DNA from: Candidatus Poribacteria bacterium
Lineage (GTDB): Bacteria > Poribacteria > WGA-4E > WGA-3G
Assembly: GCA_965197475.1 (NCBI GenBank)
Contig: CBDANF010000003.1
Coordinates: 2,656,001 to 2,720,000, forward strand
Length of the DNA: 64,000 bases
Direction: 5' to 3'
A model generated the notes under the pieces. The model was given only the letters and a program-made list of their open reading frames with translations. It was not told the origin of the DNA and made no database searches. Made by a program: the position numbers and the translations under genes. Positions 1 through 11,041 of this stretch are shown here, piece by piece (the stretch's first letter is position 1; each line of letters begins with the position of its first letter).

Positions 1-1059
1 GGAACCGATAATTGAAACAGAAGATGTCAATTGATAATGCAGAAGTTTGGCAGTGACAGTTACATCAGAGTACTTAGGTCTCGTTTTGGTTTTGCCGTTT
101 TTATCAACGTACTTTTCTGTTCCTGTCTTCTTATGTTCTGTCCTTTTTCGATTCAATGTTGCCCTTTTGGTTTCTGGAGGAATATAGATAATCTGGGTAA
201 TTTGTCCGATAACTATTTCGTGCACACCGAGAATCTTTCCTATACTGGCAACTGTTTGCTTATCAGCCAATCCAGTAAAACTTAAGTCTTGTTCGGCTAT
301 AACTTGTTCAAGATGATTTCGGGAAACAATCGTTAGGAACTCAGTCGCCGCCTTATCGTTCAGGATACTACTGATGATATTGTCAGTGATTGTCTCTGAA
401 AGGGCACCGTAGGCACGTCCTTTCCCACTTTTATCCTCAAACGTCAGAATTGCAATCCTCTTAGCACCAGCACTTCGAGCTTGTTCATAACGGGTACGGG
501 TATCCTTGTAACCAGTGATGAATTCTTCAACCATTTTGAATTCTTTGGCGGCGTGCTTCTGAATATCAGGATCATCGGATAAATCCGCAAGGCGAATCCC
601 TTCTCGGTAGTGTGCTTCCGCAGCTTTTGTTGAGGCTTCATTAAATTGGGGGACGTAATCCTTTGTCTCAAAGGTAATTCGCTGCAAAGTCTTCTTATGC
701 GTTAAGGGGGGTAGACTTTTCACCAGTGTATTGATTTTGATAAGACCTCTGTACTCCACCACGATCTGATCCCATCTGAACCTGTCCGATCTTCTTTCAA
801 GGGCTTTTATCCTGGTTTGACGTACCTCCACTGCGGCATCGAAAAATGTGGTGACAAAGTTTTGTGCCACTTCATAGTCTGGCTTATGTTTCAACGCCAT
901 GACTGCATCGCGTAAGGCAGCTTCATAATCGTTAACCCGATAATTTGCTTGCGCCCTTTCCATGAGTTTACCGTGTTTACCGGCACAACCCATTAGGCAT
1001 AATGACGCTAATATCAGAGTTAGCAGACCAAGATAAAGTGAATTTTTCATAGAAATCAT
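1..1059 (-). CDS. Lipoprotein with TPR-like N-terminus and CsgG/HfaB-like domain (3' end outside window)
   Basis: Not in ORF track; manual translation from ATG 1059 (AGGAGG RBS): MISMKNSLYLGLLTLILASLCLMGC (lipobox) ... KRIAILTFEDKSGKG ... EFLTIVSRNHLEQVIAEQDL ... SIGKILGVHEIVIGQI; open to window edge. Confidence 0.7.
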   Translation of the reverse strand, partial: MISMKNSLYLGLLTLILASLCLMGCAGKHGKLMERAQANYRVNDYEAALRDAVMALKHKPDYEVAQNFVTTFFDAAVEVRQTRIKALERRSDRFRWDQIVVEYRGLIKINTLVKSLPPLTHKKTLQRITFETKDYVPQFNEASTKAAEAHYREGIRLADLSDDPDIQKHAAKEFKMVEEFITGYKDTRTRYEQARSAGAKRIAILTFEDKSGKGRAYGALSETITDNIISSILNDKAATEFLTIVSRNHLEQVIAEQDLSFTGLADKQTVASIGKILGVHEIVIGQITQIIYIPPETKRATLNRKRTEHKKTGTEKYVDKNGKTKTRPKYSDVTVTAKLLHYQLTSSVSIIGS

Positions 1060-1127
1060 AGATTTTCCTCCTTTCAATTCAGTGTATAGACTAAACTGTA
1101 AACGGAATTAGCTAGTATTGAGAACAC

Positions 1128-4052
1128 CTACTTCCTTATGAGCATTTTTCGTGTAGCAGAGAATTTTCCTGCTGTGAACGTATAGAAATAAACCCCACTC
1201 GCCACAGATTCACCCAGAGCATTTTTACCATCCCAATACGCAGCGTTGCTCCGATGATGATACATCCCAACTGGCTGATGCCCCAAATCCAACTGCCGAA
1301 TCAATTTGCCATCCGCAGTGTAGATTGAGATGCTAACGTCAGCGGGCGTAGCGAGTTGATAAGGTATCCACGTCTCAGGATTAAACGGGTTCGGATAGTT
1401 CGGCAGGAGTGCGGTTGCTTTCGGCGTCAACGACTTCAAAAGACTTTCCAGCATAAGGATACCACGCTGAAAATCGGGATTATCCAAGTTAATCTGCCGC
1501 GCTTCTTTTAGCCATGCTTCTACCGTTGCGCGTATCGGCATATCTTTCTCATTGACGCTCCATAAGGCAGGCGCAGCATCAGCCGTATTTCCAAACGCCG
1601 CTGCGACAAGTGTCAAATCAACGATATTTACAACACCATCGCCATTGACATCAGCAACATTTTCTCCTTGCTTGCCGAAGTTAGACGCAACTAAGGTTAG
1701 GTCTATAATGTTGACCACACCATCTTCATTCACATCTTCTGGCAGTTTCGGAGGTATGATTATCTCAGCGTCTTCTGTTTGTGGGACTGAACTACCCCCC
1801 GCGCTATCGGTCAATAGGACATCAGACAAACGCACGGTAGAGTCTTTGACAGCAACGACTTCAAATGTGATCGTGGCAAGTGTGCCATCCCCCATAGTTT
1901 CTCCAGCAAAAGACGATGCCGCAAGCTGAACGTTATTCCCTTCAGCAATAGGTGAAATAAAAAACGCACCTTCAGGCAGATAGTCCCCGTTTTTACTGGA
2001 GACGTAACTGAGCGCAGAGGTGTCGTAGGAGACAGTCGCTTGATATCCAGCAACGTTCGTACCGTCTGTGATAGTGATGGGTAACGTTAGCAGTTCTCCG
2101 ATTGTGAGCGACTGCACAGGCGTGAACGAAATACGCACCGTGGTGGCTGTAGTAGGTGATGGAATAGTTTGTGTAGAGGCAGATGGGGTGGCTTCCCACA
2201 AAAGCACGGTGCCATCCGAACTCCCACTTGCGAGGGTGTTGCCATCAGGACTAAACGCTACGCTGAAGACCGAATACGTATGTCCTCGTAGTGTTCGTAT
2301 ATGTGTGCCTGTGTCTACATTCCAAAGACGGATCGTCTCGTCCCTACTCCCACTTGCGAGCGTGTTGCCATCAGGACTAAACGCTACGCTGCGGACCGAA
2401 TCCGTATGTCCTCGTAGTGTTCGTATATGTGTGCCTGTGTCTACATTCCAAAGACGGATCGTCCCGTCCCTACTCCCACTTGCGAGCGTGTTGCCATCAG
2501 GACTAAACGCTACGCTGCGGACCAAATCCGTATGTCCTTGTAGTGTTCGTATATGTGTGCCTGTGTCTACATTCCAAAGACGGATCGTCCTGTCATCACT
2601 CCCACTTGCGAGCGTGTTGCCATCAGGACTAAACGCTACGCTGCGGACCAAATCCGTATGTCCTTGTAGTGTTCGTATATGTGTGCCTGTGTCTACATTC
2701 CAAAGACGGATCGTCCTGTCATCACTCCCACTTGCGAGCGTGTTGCCATCAGGACTAAACGCTACGCTTTCGACGAAAGACGTATGTCCTCGTAGTGTTC
2801 GTATATGTGTGCCTGTGTCTACATTCCAAAGACGGATCGTCTCGTCCAAACTCCCACTTGCGAGCGTGTTGCCATCAGGACTAAACGCTACGCTGAAGAC
2901 CGAATACGTATGTCCTCGTAGTGTTCGTATATGTGTGCCTGTGTCTACATTCCAAAGACGGATCGTAGCGTCCAAACTCCCACTTGTGAGCGTGTTGCCA
3001 TCAGGACTAAACGCTACGCTGTAGACCGAATACGTATGTCCTCGTAGTGTTCGTATATGTGTGCCTGTGTCTACATTCCAAAGACGGATCGTCCTGTCCG
3101 AACTCCCACTTGCAAGGGTGTTGCCATCAGGACTAAACGCTACGCTTTCGACGAAAGACGTATGTCCTCGTAGTGTTCGTATATGTGTGCCTGTGTCTAC
3201 ATTCCAAAGACGGATCGTAGCGTCCAAACTCCCACTTGTGAGCGTGTTGCCATCAGGACTAAACGCTACGCTGTAGACCGAATACGTATGTCCTCGTAGT
3301 GTTCGTATATGTGTGCCTGTGTCTACATTCCAAAGACGGATCGTATCGTCCCAACTCCCACTTGCGAGCGTGTTGCCATCAGGACTAAACGCTACGCTGA
3401 AGACCGAATCCGTATGTCCTCGTAGTGTTCGTATATGTGTGCCTGTGTCTACATTCCAAAGACGGATCATATCGTCATCGCCCAAACTCCCACTCCCACT
3501 TGCGAGGGTGTTGCCATCAGGACTAAACGCTACGCTGTAGACCCAACCCGTATGTCCTCGTAGTGTTCGTATATGTGTGCCTGTGTCTACATTCCAAAGA
3601 CGGATCGTCTCGTCCAAACTCCCACTTGCGAGCGTGTTGCCATCAGGACTAAACGCTACGCTGTAGACCGAATCCGTATGTCCTCGTAGTGTTCGTATAT
3701 GTGTGCCTGTGTCTACATTCCAAAGACGGATCGTAGCGTCCGAACTCCCACTTGCGAGCGTGTTGCCATCAGGACTAAACGCTACGCTTTCGACCCAATC
3801 CGTATGCCCGGTGAATAGGTCTAATTCTTCACCTGTCTGTGCATCATAGATCCAAACGCCGATACTACTCGCAACTGCCAGCTTGGTGCCATCGGGTGAA
3901 TACTTTACTTCATTGACAGTACCTTTCCCGAGACGTGCTTTCGCGCCATCGGGCAAACCCCACTGTGTGTAGTCTTGGGCAAAGGTATTTGGTATGTATA
4001 GGGTTGAAACAAGAATGAGCATGAAAAAAATAGAAAATTGTGTCTTTTTCAT
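1128..4052 (-). CDS. Secreted WD40-repeat protein with cohesin-like, dockerin-like and C-terminal FlgD/T9SS-like sorting domain
   Basis: Signal peptide from MKKTQ (AGGAG RBS); 13 GHT..SVAFSPDG..IRLW repeats plus one degenerate blade; VAGYQATVSYD...GTLATITFEV cohesin-like; DVNEDGVVNIIDL/DVNGDGVVNIVDL dockerin; LLPNYPNPFNPETWIPY...YFYT C-terminus. Confidence 0.9.
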   Translation of the reverse strand: MKKTQFSIFFMLILVSTLYIPNTFAQDYTQWGLPDGAKARLGKGTVNEVKYSPDGTKLAVASSIGVWIYDAQTGEELDLFTGHTDWVESVAFSPDGNTLASGSSDATIRLWNVDTGTHIRTLRGHTDSVYSVAFSPDGNTLASGSLDETIRLWNVDTGTHIRTLRGHTGWVYSVAFSPDGNTLASGSGSLGDDDMIRLWNVDTGTHIRTLRGHTDSVFSVAFSPDGNTLASGSWDDTIRLWNVDTGTHIRTLRGHTYSVYSVAFSPDGNTLTSGSLDATIRLWNVDTGTHIRTLRGHTSFVESVAFSPDGNTLASGSSDRTIRLWNVDTGTHIRTLRGHTYSVYSVAFSPDGNTLTSGSLDATIRLWNVDTGTHIRTLRGHTYSVFSVAFSPDGNTLASGSLDETIRLWNVDTGTHIRTLRGHTSFVESVAFSPDGNTLASGSDDRTIRLWNVDTGTHIRTLQGHTDLVRSVAFSPDGNTLASGSDDRTIRLWNVDTGTHIRTLQGHTDLVRSVAFSPDGNTLASGSRDGTIRLWNVDTGTHIRTLRGHTDSVRSVAFSPDGNTLASGSRDETIRLWNVDTGTHIRTLRGHTYSVFSVAFSPDGNTLASGSSDGTVLLWEATPSASTQTIPSPTTATTVRISFTPVQSLTIGELLTLPITITDGTNVAGYQATVSYDTSALSYVSSKNGDYLPEGAFFISPIAEGNNVQLAASSFAGETMGDGTLATITFEVVAVKDSTVRLSDVLLTDSAGGSSVPQTEDAEIIIPPKLPEDVNEDGVVNIIDLTLVASNFGKQGENVADVNGDGVVNIVDLTLVAAAFGNTADAAPALWSVNEKDMPIRATVEAWLKEARQINLDNPDFQRGILMLESLLKSLTPKATALLPNYPNPFNPETWIPYQLATPADVSISIYTADGKLIRQLDLGHQPVGMYHHRSNAAYWDGKNALGESVASGVYFYTFTAGKFSATRKMLIRK
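2195..3809 (-). repeat. 13 near-identical 126-bp tandem coding repeats (WD40 blades)
   Basis: Core GTGTTGCCATCAGGACTAAACGCTACGCT...GTATGTCCTCGTAGTGTTCGTATATGTGTGCCTGTGTCTACATTCCAAAGACGGATC recurs every 126 bp (one unit 12 bp longer). Confidence 0.97.
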
Positions 4053-4072
4053 TATGAAAATTCTCCTTTTAT

Positions 4073-4225
4073 AACCTAAGTTGCCACCTATGTAGCACAA
4101 ACTTTTAGTTTGTGCCTATAAGTGCGCAAACTGAAAGTTTACGCTACAAAACTTTCGCAAATAATACACTTTTATGATTAAAACGGTGTTTACATGTCTA
4201 AAATCTTATAGGTAGCAACTTGGGT
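4073..4225. mobile_element. MITE with IS982-like ends
   Basis: TIR ACCTAAGTTGCCACCTA / TAGGTAGCAACTTGGGT; direct repeat TTTTATA on both sides; sibling at 19672-19876. Confidence 0.75.
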
Positions 4226-4228
4226 TTT

Positions 4229-4354
4229 TATAGTAAAACCCGTAATTATTTGCACATACGGCAGGGAACGTAGGGGCTGGGTAACCCAGCCCCTACAAAG
4301 GTGTTATGTGAGATCCCATCGCGGAGTGTAAACATATTTTCGGATTCTACTATA
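4229..4354. mobile_element. TATAGTA...TACTATA MITE (IS630/RUP-like ends) carrying a GTAG REP hairpin
   Basis: Ends TATAGTAAAACCCG / CGGATTCTACTATA; internal GTAGGGGCTGGGTAACCCAGCCCCTAC; siblings at 27454-27555 and 36931-37089. Confidence 0.65.
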
Positions 4355-4654
4355 ATATGTGAGAACGCTTTTAGACCATTCCTTCAAAAGCGCGTAGGTA
4401 AAGTTGAACGGAAAACGAAAAATCACAGACATGAGGATACTTATCCTCAGCAAATATAGGTTAAATCGTAAAAGCCATATCAAGTCAATTATTTATAATA
4501 TTGAGATTAGTAATAATTCTTGACGTGATAATATCATAAACTGAAAAGTGATTCAAATTAAATCTCAAAAGATTTCCTAATTTGTTGAAAAAAAGCATAA
4601 TTCTATGAATTTTTATAAAGATGAACAGTCCTGTTATTTTTATGCACACCATCA

Positions 4655-6292
4655 TTAAATTGGGCATGTCAAGTGACCAAGTTCCTCTGTCAATCGTAAA
4701 TTTTCGGCATAATTGACGGGACAATCAATAACCGAAGGCACATCCTGACTGAATGCATCATTTAGTATTGGAACAAGCTCATCACTGCCTTCAACCCGAT
4801 ATCCCTTAGCCCCAAATGCCTCTGCATATTTCACAAAATCAGGGTTCGTGAAATCAATGTGTGCCGGTCTACCAAAATTGTTCATCTGTTTCCATTCGAT
4901 GAGTCCATACGCCTCATCATTGAAAATAAGTGTAACAAACGGCACGCCCGTTCGCGTAGCGGTTTCAAGTTCCTGTGAGTTCATCAGGAATCCACCGTCA
5001 CCACATACCGCAAGACATTTACGTTCAGGATAAATAAGTTTTGCCACGAACGCCCCTGGAACAGCGATGCCCATAGAGGCAAATCCATTTGAGATGATGC
5101 ATGTATTCGGTTGATAACACGGATACATCCGAGCGATCCACATTTTGTGTGCACCGACATCGGAAATGAGAATATCGTCTTCGGCAAGGACAGAACGGAT
5201 ATCGCTTAAGATCTTTTGCGGTTTCATCGGAAACTCTTTATCATCGCGATGCTCAGTAAGTTGATCGAGAATTATTTTCCGTAAAGTGTTTGAAGCATAT
5301 TCCGCATCTTTCGGATAAATTTCCTGTGCCATCAAATGTCTAATACTCTGTCTAATGTTCCCCACCATTTCGACATCAGTAACGTAAGCAGCATCACTTT
5401 CGCTCGGTTCAGTATCAATATGGACTAGTTTTTTGTCGTGATTGGGATTCCACAGACTTGGATGGTATTCCACAATATCGTATCCAATAGCAATAACCAG
5501 GTCTGCACGGTCAAATCCACATGAGACAAAATCGTGTGCTTGAAGACCGACGCTGAGGAGTGAGAGTCGATGTGTCCACGGAATGCTCCCTTTGCCCATA
5601 AAGGTGTGTGCGACAGGAATATTTGTCATCTCAGCGAATTGGGTTAGAATCCGAGATGCGCCTTGACGAACAACACCGTTGCCTGCAAGGATAATCGGTT
5701 GTTTTGCATCGTTAATTAGTTGTGCGGCACGTTGTAGACAGGATACGACGGGTTCTGCTTCACTGGGAAAATCGTGCCGCATCGGTTCGGCATCAATTTC
5801 CATCTTTGCCACATCTTCTGGAAAGTCAATGTGTGTCGCGCCCGGTTTTTCCCCTGTTGCAGTCTTAAAGGCTTTGCTGATAGATTCAGGAATAATTTCA
5901 GGTAGATGCAAAAGCGTATTCCATTTGGTCATCGGTTTGAAGACTGAAACCACGTCCATATATTGATGCGATTCTTTGTGCATCCTATCTAAACTTGCTT
6001 GCCCTGTGATTGCGACAAGTGGAGCCCTATCCATATTCGCATCAGCAACCCCTGTAACAAGGTTCATCGCACCAGGACCAAGTGTCGCAAGACAGACCCC
6101 TGCCTTGCCTGTCAGACGACCGTACACATCTGCCATGAATGCGGCACCCCGTTCATCGCGCGTCTGAATAAATTGGATCTTAGATTCCAACAAAGCATCC
6201 ATCAAATCCATATTCTCTTCACCCGGTATTCCGAAAATATATTCAACGTCTTCATTCTCCAAACATTTCACAACCAATTCTGATGCTTTCAT
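4655..6292 (-). CDS. Acetolactate synthase large subunit-like ThDP enzyme
   Basis: FGIPGEEN, TRDERGAAFMAD, ATLGPGA, GDGGFLMNSQELET ThDP motif; no small subunit adjacent. Confidence 0.9.
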   Translation of the reverse strand: MKASELVVKCLENEDVEYIFGIPGEENMDLMDALLESKIQFIQTRDERGAAFMADVYGRLTGKAGVCLATLGPGAMNLVTGVADANMDRAPLVAITGQASLDRMHKESHQYMDVVSVFKPMTKWNTLLHLPEIIPESISKAFKTATGEKPGATHIDFPEDVAKMEIDAEPMRHDFPSEAEPVVSCLQRAAQLINDAKQPIILAGNGVVRQGASRILTQFAEMTNIPVAHTFMGKGSIPWTHRLSLLSVGLQAHDFVSCGFDRADLVIAIGYDIVEYHPSLWNPNHDKKLVHIDTEPSESDAAYVTDVEMVGNIRQSIRHLMAQEIYPKDAEYASNTLRKIILDQLTEHRDDKEFPMKPQKILSDIRSVLAEDDILISDVGAHKMWIARMYPCYQPNTCIISNGFASMGIAVPGAFVAKLIYPERKCLAVCGDGGFLMNSQELETATRTGVPFVTLIFNDEAYGLIEWKQMNNFGRPAHIDFTNPDFVKYAEAFGAKGYRVEGSDELVPILNDAFSQDVPSVIDCPVNYAENLRLTEELGHLTCPI

Positions 6293-6750
6293 CTTTTAAA
6301 CTCCTCAGCACAACGATAAAGTTGTATTTCCTGCGCGAATTCAATACAATTAACTGAGAGAAGTGTATAATTGTTGTATTGCGCTTATAGTTGGGCAATT
6401 TGGTGTATCTATTGCAATGTAATGTATTAAACTTATTATTAACTATAACAGATTACATGGGAAATTACAATTTTATTAGCGTGTATTTCATAAACCTGAT
6501 TTTCTGGAAATCCTGGTTCAGTTTGTAGGTTGGGTAGAGCTTGCGAAACCCAACATTTTTCTTGTGGGAGTGCTTTCTAATCCCGATACTATTCTGTTTT
6601 TCTTCTGGGAGGTTATCTCTTGTGGGAGTGCTTTCCAACTCCGATTTCTTCTGTAGGAGCCGCCAAATACCATACGCGCATTTGGCGTTGATTCGCTACA
6701 CCTATAATTGAGCTCACGTCAATTACTTTTTCTGAAGAAAAGACAGTGGC

Positions 6751-9700
6751 TTGCAACTAAAGATTCAAAACGGAAGGTTATACCAACTTATGAGGGAACA
6801 TCGTATTTATATCTATCTCATTATACTCCTAATATGTTTCCAGAGTAGCATCACCACCGAGGCTTCAGAACAAACCATCGGTTCATCTCAATCCTATTCA
6901 CCTAACCTCTCATTGATAAACCACACCCCTGGAGAACTCATTGTCCGTTTACATGCAGATACTTCTTTAGTACAGCTCCGCGCATTCAGCAAAAAATTAG
7001 GCGCAAAATCCGTTTCACCTATTTTCCCGCCGACCACACCTGGCGGACAGCACCCATTGCTCAGCCGCAGCTATCTCATACAGTTTCCTACCACTTCGCG
7101 ATTAGAACAATTGCAGCAAAAATATGCGAAACATGCCTTGATTGAAGCTGTTGAAATGAATAGGCTCAATCGGTTCTGTGCAGAGACGACTCCCAACGAC
7201 CCGCGATATAGTGAACAGTGGAATCTGAAGGCAATGAATTTGCCAAAAGCGTGGAGCATAGAACAAGGAAAACGATCTGTTATAGTAGCAGTTGTCGACA
7301 GTGGCATCAAGAGAGATCACCCTGACTTGCGTAATCAACTTTGGCAGAACCCCGCTGAAATCCCATCAAATAACATTGATGACGATATAAACGGTTATAT
7401 TGACGATATAAACGGCTGGGATTTCACCGATGCACCTTCGTTCCCAGGACACGGTGATTGGACAGAACGCGATAACGAACCGGATGATGAAACAGGACAC
7501 GGAACGCATGTTTCTGGCATAATTGCAGCTGAAGCAAATAACGGAGTCGGAATTGCTGGAATTGCTTGGGGATGTTGTCTGATGCCACTACGGGCAGGAT
7601 TCCGTATTGGGGCAGTTGCATTTTTACAAAATGATGATGTCGCTGCAGCCATCGTTTACGCCGCTGATAACGGCGCAGACATCATCAATCTGAGCCTCGG
7701 AGACACAGTAAACGCATTCGTTATTCAAGATGCGGTTGAATACGCTTACAATCGAGGGTGTGTCCTCGTCGGTGCAGCCGGAAACTCACCTGAGCCAGGA
7801 GCGTATTATCCTGCGGCATTGAAAAAAGTTTTATCAGTGGCGGCACTTGATAAAAATCTCCAATTGGGAAATTCCAATTTCGGCGCGTCAATAGATATTG
7901 CTGCACCAGGAGAAGAAATATTAAGCACAGATATTAATACTGATCAATCTTTGCCGCAACGCGGATATGCATACCGATCTGGCACCTCAATGGCAGCAGC
8001 GCATGTTTCTGGTGTCGCAGCACTGTTGATTTCTGCCAATCCATCGTGCACCAACGTCCAAATCCAGCAATGGTTGACAAGTTCAGCAAGGCAACTGTCC
8101 CAAACACATCTTGTTGGCGCAGGTATGGTTGATGCTTATGCAGCATTGACTGAGCAAATCGGACTCATCGCCAATATTGCTGTCACATCGTTGCCACAAA
8201 CAGAAGTATCAGAGAAAAACAGAAAAATTGAGATTATTGGCAGTGCCGGTGGCACAGGATTTCTTCAATACTGGCTTGAATACGGTGCTACCGAAACACC
8301 TGATCTCTGGTTTCCAATTGGGTTTCCACAAACAGAACCGAAATATAACACTGTTCTGCACGAATGGGATACCTCACCGTTGGAAGAAGGTACATACACA
8401 CTGCGACTTAGCGTTAAAAGTCAAGATGGAAAAACTGTGAGAAACAAAGCGGTCGTTGAAATTCGCCATTCGCTTCCCCAAATTTCCAAACATGAGGCAT
8501 CGGTGTGGTTATCAGGAAACCGCTATGATTCAACTATTATCTGGCAAACAGATGTGCTTACTATCGGATCAGTTGAGATTTATCCGAAAACAGGAAATCA
8601 AGCACTAATTTCCAATAATTCCCCGCTACGAGTTGCGCGCTCGGATTCAGTTAACCTGCAACATATCTTTTATCTGTCTGAGTTGGGGCTGCCATCTGGA
8701 GAATATCTATATCGCCTAAAAGCACAGAATCGGACTGGACTCATACTTATTGACGATAATGAAGGTCAATTATACCCGATTACAGTGCGCGATGAACAGA
8801 TTCAACCTTCACATCTACACCAAACAGCATTTGCACAGTTCGGTTTGCACGCTATTATTGCACCTAACGATATAAACGGAAGTGGAAAATTAGAACTTAT
8901 CGGAGTCGAAACCGGCACGACCTCTGCCCATATTTTTGAAATGGACAATAATGGAAATCCTGTCATGATTTCTTCCCTTGATCAATCCATATCACGTTTA
9001 TGGGCTACTGCGGATACAGATGGTGATGGACTCATAGAACTTTTAGGCAATACATCAACAAATACAGAAACGTTTACGTTTTTACTGGAACAACCCGCAC
9101 ATGGAGCATTTCCGACCGTGCTAATCTGGAAAGCAAACGGAGTTTGGGGCGGAACGATTGCAGATATAGATTTAGACGGTAAACCTGAAATTATATCGCG
9201 TCATGATGTCACCAATTCTATCTGGATTCACGAATCTAATGGAAATAATAGTTATGTGAACAATGCAACACTCGAAAATCCAACACAAGGAAAAAACGGA
9301 ATCGGAACAAGGTTTGCAATAGCTGACTTTGATGCTGATGGACAGATAGAAATTTTATCCGGAGACAGTGAAGGAGAAATATTTATCTATGAAAATGTGG
9401 GAAATGATCAATATCAACAAACATGGATAGGCATCCTACCCAAGGGGATACCACACCTTTTTGCCGCTGGGGATATGGATGGGGATGGGACCCCAGAATT
9501 TGCTGTAGGCGCGAAGGTCTGGACAACGGAATTAGATCTTCCCCGCCAACACTGGCTTTTTACAATTTACACATCAAACGGTAACAATTCTTACCGCGCA
9601 GTGTGGCATCAACGTATTCGCGAACTGCAAGATGGAGAAAGTGGACTAACTATTGCAGACGCTAACAATGATGGTAGAAATGAATTGTGCATTGCTGTTT

Positions 9701-10782
9701 CACCAAACTTCTATCTCGTGCAATACGATGGAAGTGCCTACCGACCTATTTGGCACCATCCCGCATCCAGCACATTCAATCCAATTGTTGCTGATATTGA
9801 TAACGATGGCACTAATGAGTTGATGTTTAATAGCGAGAACGTTTTTACTGTTTTTAAGAGTCCTCACACTATTGGAACACTAAAACGACTAACGCCATCC
9901 TGGGGTATTACTGCAAAACCGTTAGACGAAACATCAATCTCCCTGCAGTGGCAGGCAGACCAGAATGCAGTTGCATATACAATCTATCGCGGCCAAACTA
10001 AGGAATCGTTGAAACCTATTCGCAACGGTATTCAAGAAAAACTTTTTACAGATGTAAGACTCGCAACAGGGCAAACCTATTGGTACGCTATAGCATCACA
10101 AAGTTCAAGCGGAGAAGTTTCAAATTTATCCGCATCGGTATCTGTCATGCCGACCGCTCCTCCGCAACTGATTTCAGCAGTACATTCTCCTCCACATCAA
10201 CTTCTGATAACGTTTGATAAACCAATGGGTATTTCCGCATCAATCCCTTCGCGCTATCAGCTGCACCGACAAAAAAAGCAGAACGGAAGCGGCACGCAGA
10301 AGGAGGAACAATCAAGCGGAACAAAAGTTAGCAGCGTGCAAAATTATGTGCCGCAATCTGCTATTTTTGATAGGTCACGCAAAAGAGTTGTGTTAACGTT
10401 TCTCGCTGACGTATTTGATACAGATAACCAGTATGAGATTGAAACTTTCCAACTTTCTGACATATACGGTGCAGACATTCCTGAAGATGGAAAGACATTA
10501 CCAGTAGAATATCTGACACAGTCCCACTCAGATGTTATCGTCTATCCAAATCCAGCGAGAGGCAATCAGATTACGTTTGATAGATTACCTGCTGGAAGCC
10601 GAATTAATGTCTACGATGTCAGTGGCAACCACATTGCATGCCTTGTTCCAACAGAAGATGCGGCTGCAGGAAATAAATGCAGACAAATTTGGTCATTAGC
10701 AGGTGTCAGTAGCGGTGTCTATATCTATGTGCTTGAAGCGGAAATGGGGCGACAAGTAGGCAAGCTTTCCGTTATCCGATAA
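6751..10782 (+). CDS. Secreted S8 subtilisin-like peptidase with FG-GAP/VCBS repeats, Fn3-like and C-terminal sorting domain
   Basis: Triad VAVVDSG, GHGTHVSG, SGTSMAA; DxDGDG repeats; VIVYPNP...SSGVYIY C-terminus; start may be ATG 6790. Confidence 0.9.
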   Translation: MQLKIQNGRLYQLMREHRIYIYLIILLICFQSSITTEASEQTIGSSQSYSPNLSLINHTPGELIVRLHADTSLVQLRAFSKKLGAKSVSPIFPPTTPGGQHPLLSRSYLIQFPTTSRLEQLQQKYAKHALIEAVEMNRLNRFCAETTPNDPRYSEQWNLKAMNLPKAWSIEQGKRSVIVAVVDSGIKRDHPDLRNQLWQNPAEIPSNNIDDDINGYIDDINGWDFTDAPSFPGHGDWTERDNEPDDETGHGTHVSGIIAAEANNGVGIAGIAWGCCLMPLRAGFRIGAVAFLQNDDVAAAIVYAADNGADIINLSLGDTVNAFVIQDAVEYAYNRGCVLVGAAGNSPEPGAYYPAALKKVLSVAALDKNLQLGNSNFGASIDIAAPGEEILSTDINTDQSLPQRGYAYRSGTSMAAAHVSGVAALLISANPSCTNVQIQQWLTSSARQLSQTHLVGAGMVDAYAALTEQIGLIANIAVTSLPQTEVSEKNRKIEIIGSAGGTGFLQYWLEYGATETPDLWFPIGFPQTEPKYNTVLHEWDTSPLEEGTYTLRLSVKSQDGKTVRNKAVVEIRHSLPQISKHEASVWLSGNRYDSTIIWQTDVLTIGSVEIYPKTGNQALISNNSPLRVARSDSVNLQHIFYLSELGLPSGEYLYRLKAQNRTGLILIDDNEGQLYPITVRDEQIQPSHLHQTAFAQFGLHAIIAPNDINGSGKLELIGVETGTTSAHIFEMDNNGNPVMISSLDQSISRLWATADTDGDGLIELLGNTSTNTETFTFLLEQPAHGAFPTVLIWKANGVWGGTIADIDLDGKPEIISRHDVTNSIWIHESNGNNSYVNNATLENPTQGKNGIGTRFAIADFDADGQIEILSGDSEGEIFIYENVGNDQYQQTWIGILPKGIPHLFAAGDMDGDGTPEFAVGAKVWTTELDLPRQHWLFTIYTSNGNNSYRAVWHQRIRELQDGESGLTIADANNDGRNELCIAVSPNFYLVQYDGSAYRPIWHHPASSTFNPIVADIDNDGTNELMFNSENVFTVFKSPHTIGTLKRLTPSWGITAKPLDETSISLQWQADQNAVAYTIYRGQTKESLKPIRNGIQEKLFTDVRLATGQTYWYAIASQSSSGEVSNLSASVSVMPTAPPQLISAVHSPPHQLLITFDKPMGISASIPSRYQLHRQKKQNGSGTQKEEQSSGTKVSSVQNYVPQSAIFDRSRKRVVLTFLADVFDTDNQYEIETFQLSDIYGADIPEDGKTLPVEYLTQSHSDVIVYPNPARGNQITFDRLPAGSRINVYDVSGNHIACLVPTEDAAAGNKCRQIWSLAGVSSGVYIYVLEAEMGRQVGKLSVIR

Positions 10783-11041
10783 GATTTATAGTCGGTCTTC
10801 CAAATCGTGGGAGGGTTTGTAAACTTGATTTATAATGCTCCTCTTTCTTGTGGGAGGGATTCCTAAGCCCGACCTCTTCTGTAGGAGTGACCCGACAAAT
10901 CATGCAGAATACCACACGCGTATTCTGCCACGCGCATTTGACGTTGATTCACCGGTCGCGACATACCCCAATGCTGCAAATCTGAAAATCCTGGTTCAGA
11001 ACTATAAACGGAGAGACAATCTGAAACGCTATACATCCAGA

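Noticed and set aside
2068-3540. Antisense ORFs of 318, 71 and 75 aa (and similar ones over other WD40 genes)
   Set aside because: Shadow frames produced by the coding repeat
2195-3809. Diversity-generating retroelement VR/TR
   Set aside because: No reverse transcriptase in the window; differences are whole-codon swaps, not adenine-specific
4053-4100. Upstream start (MCYIGG...) of the WD40 gene
   Set aside because: Lies inside a MITE end; RBS and signal peptide support ATG 4052
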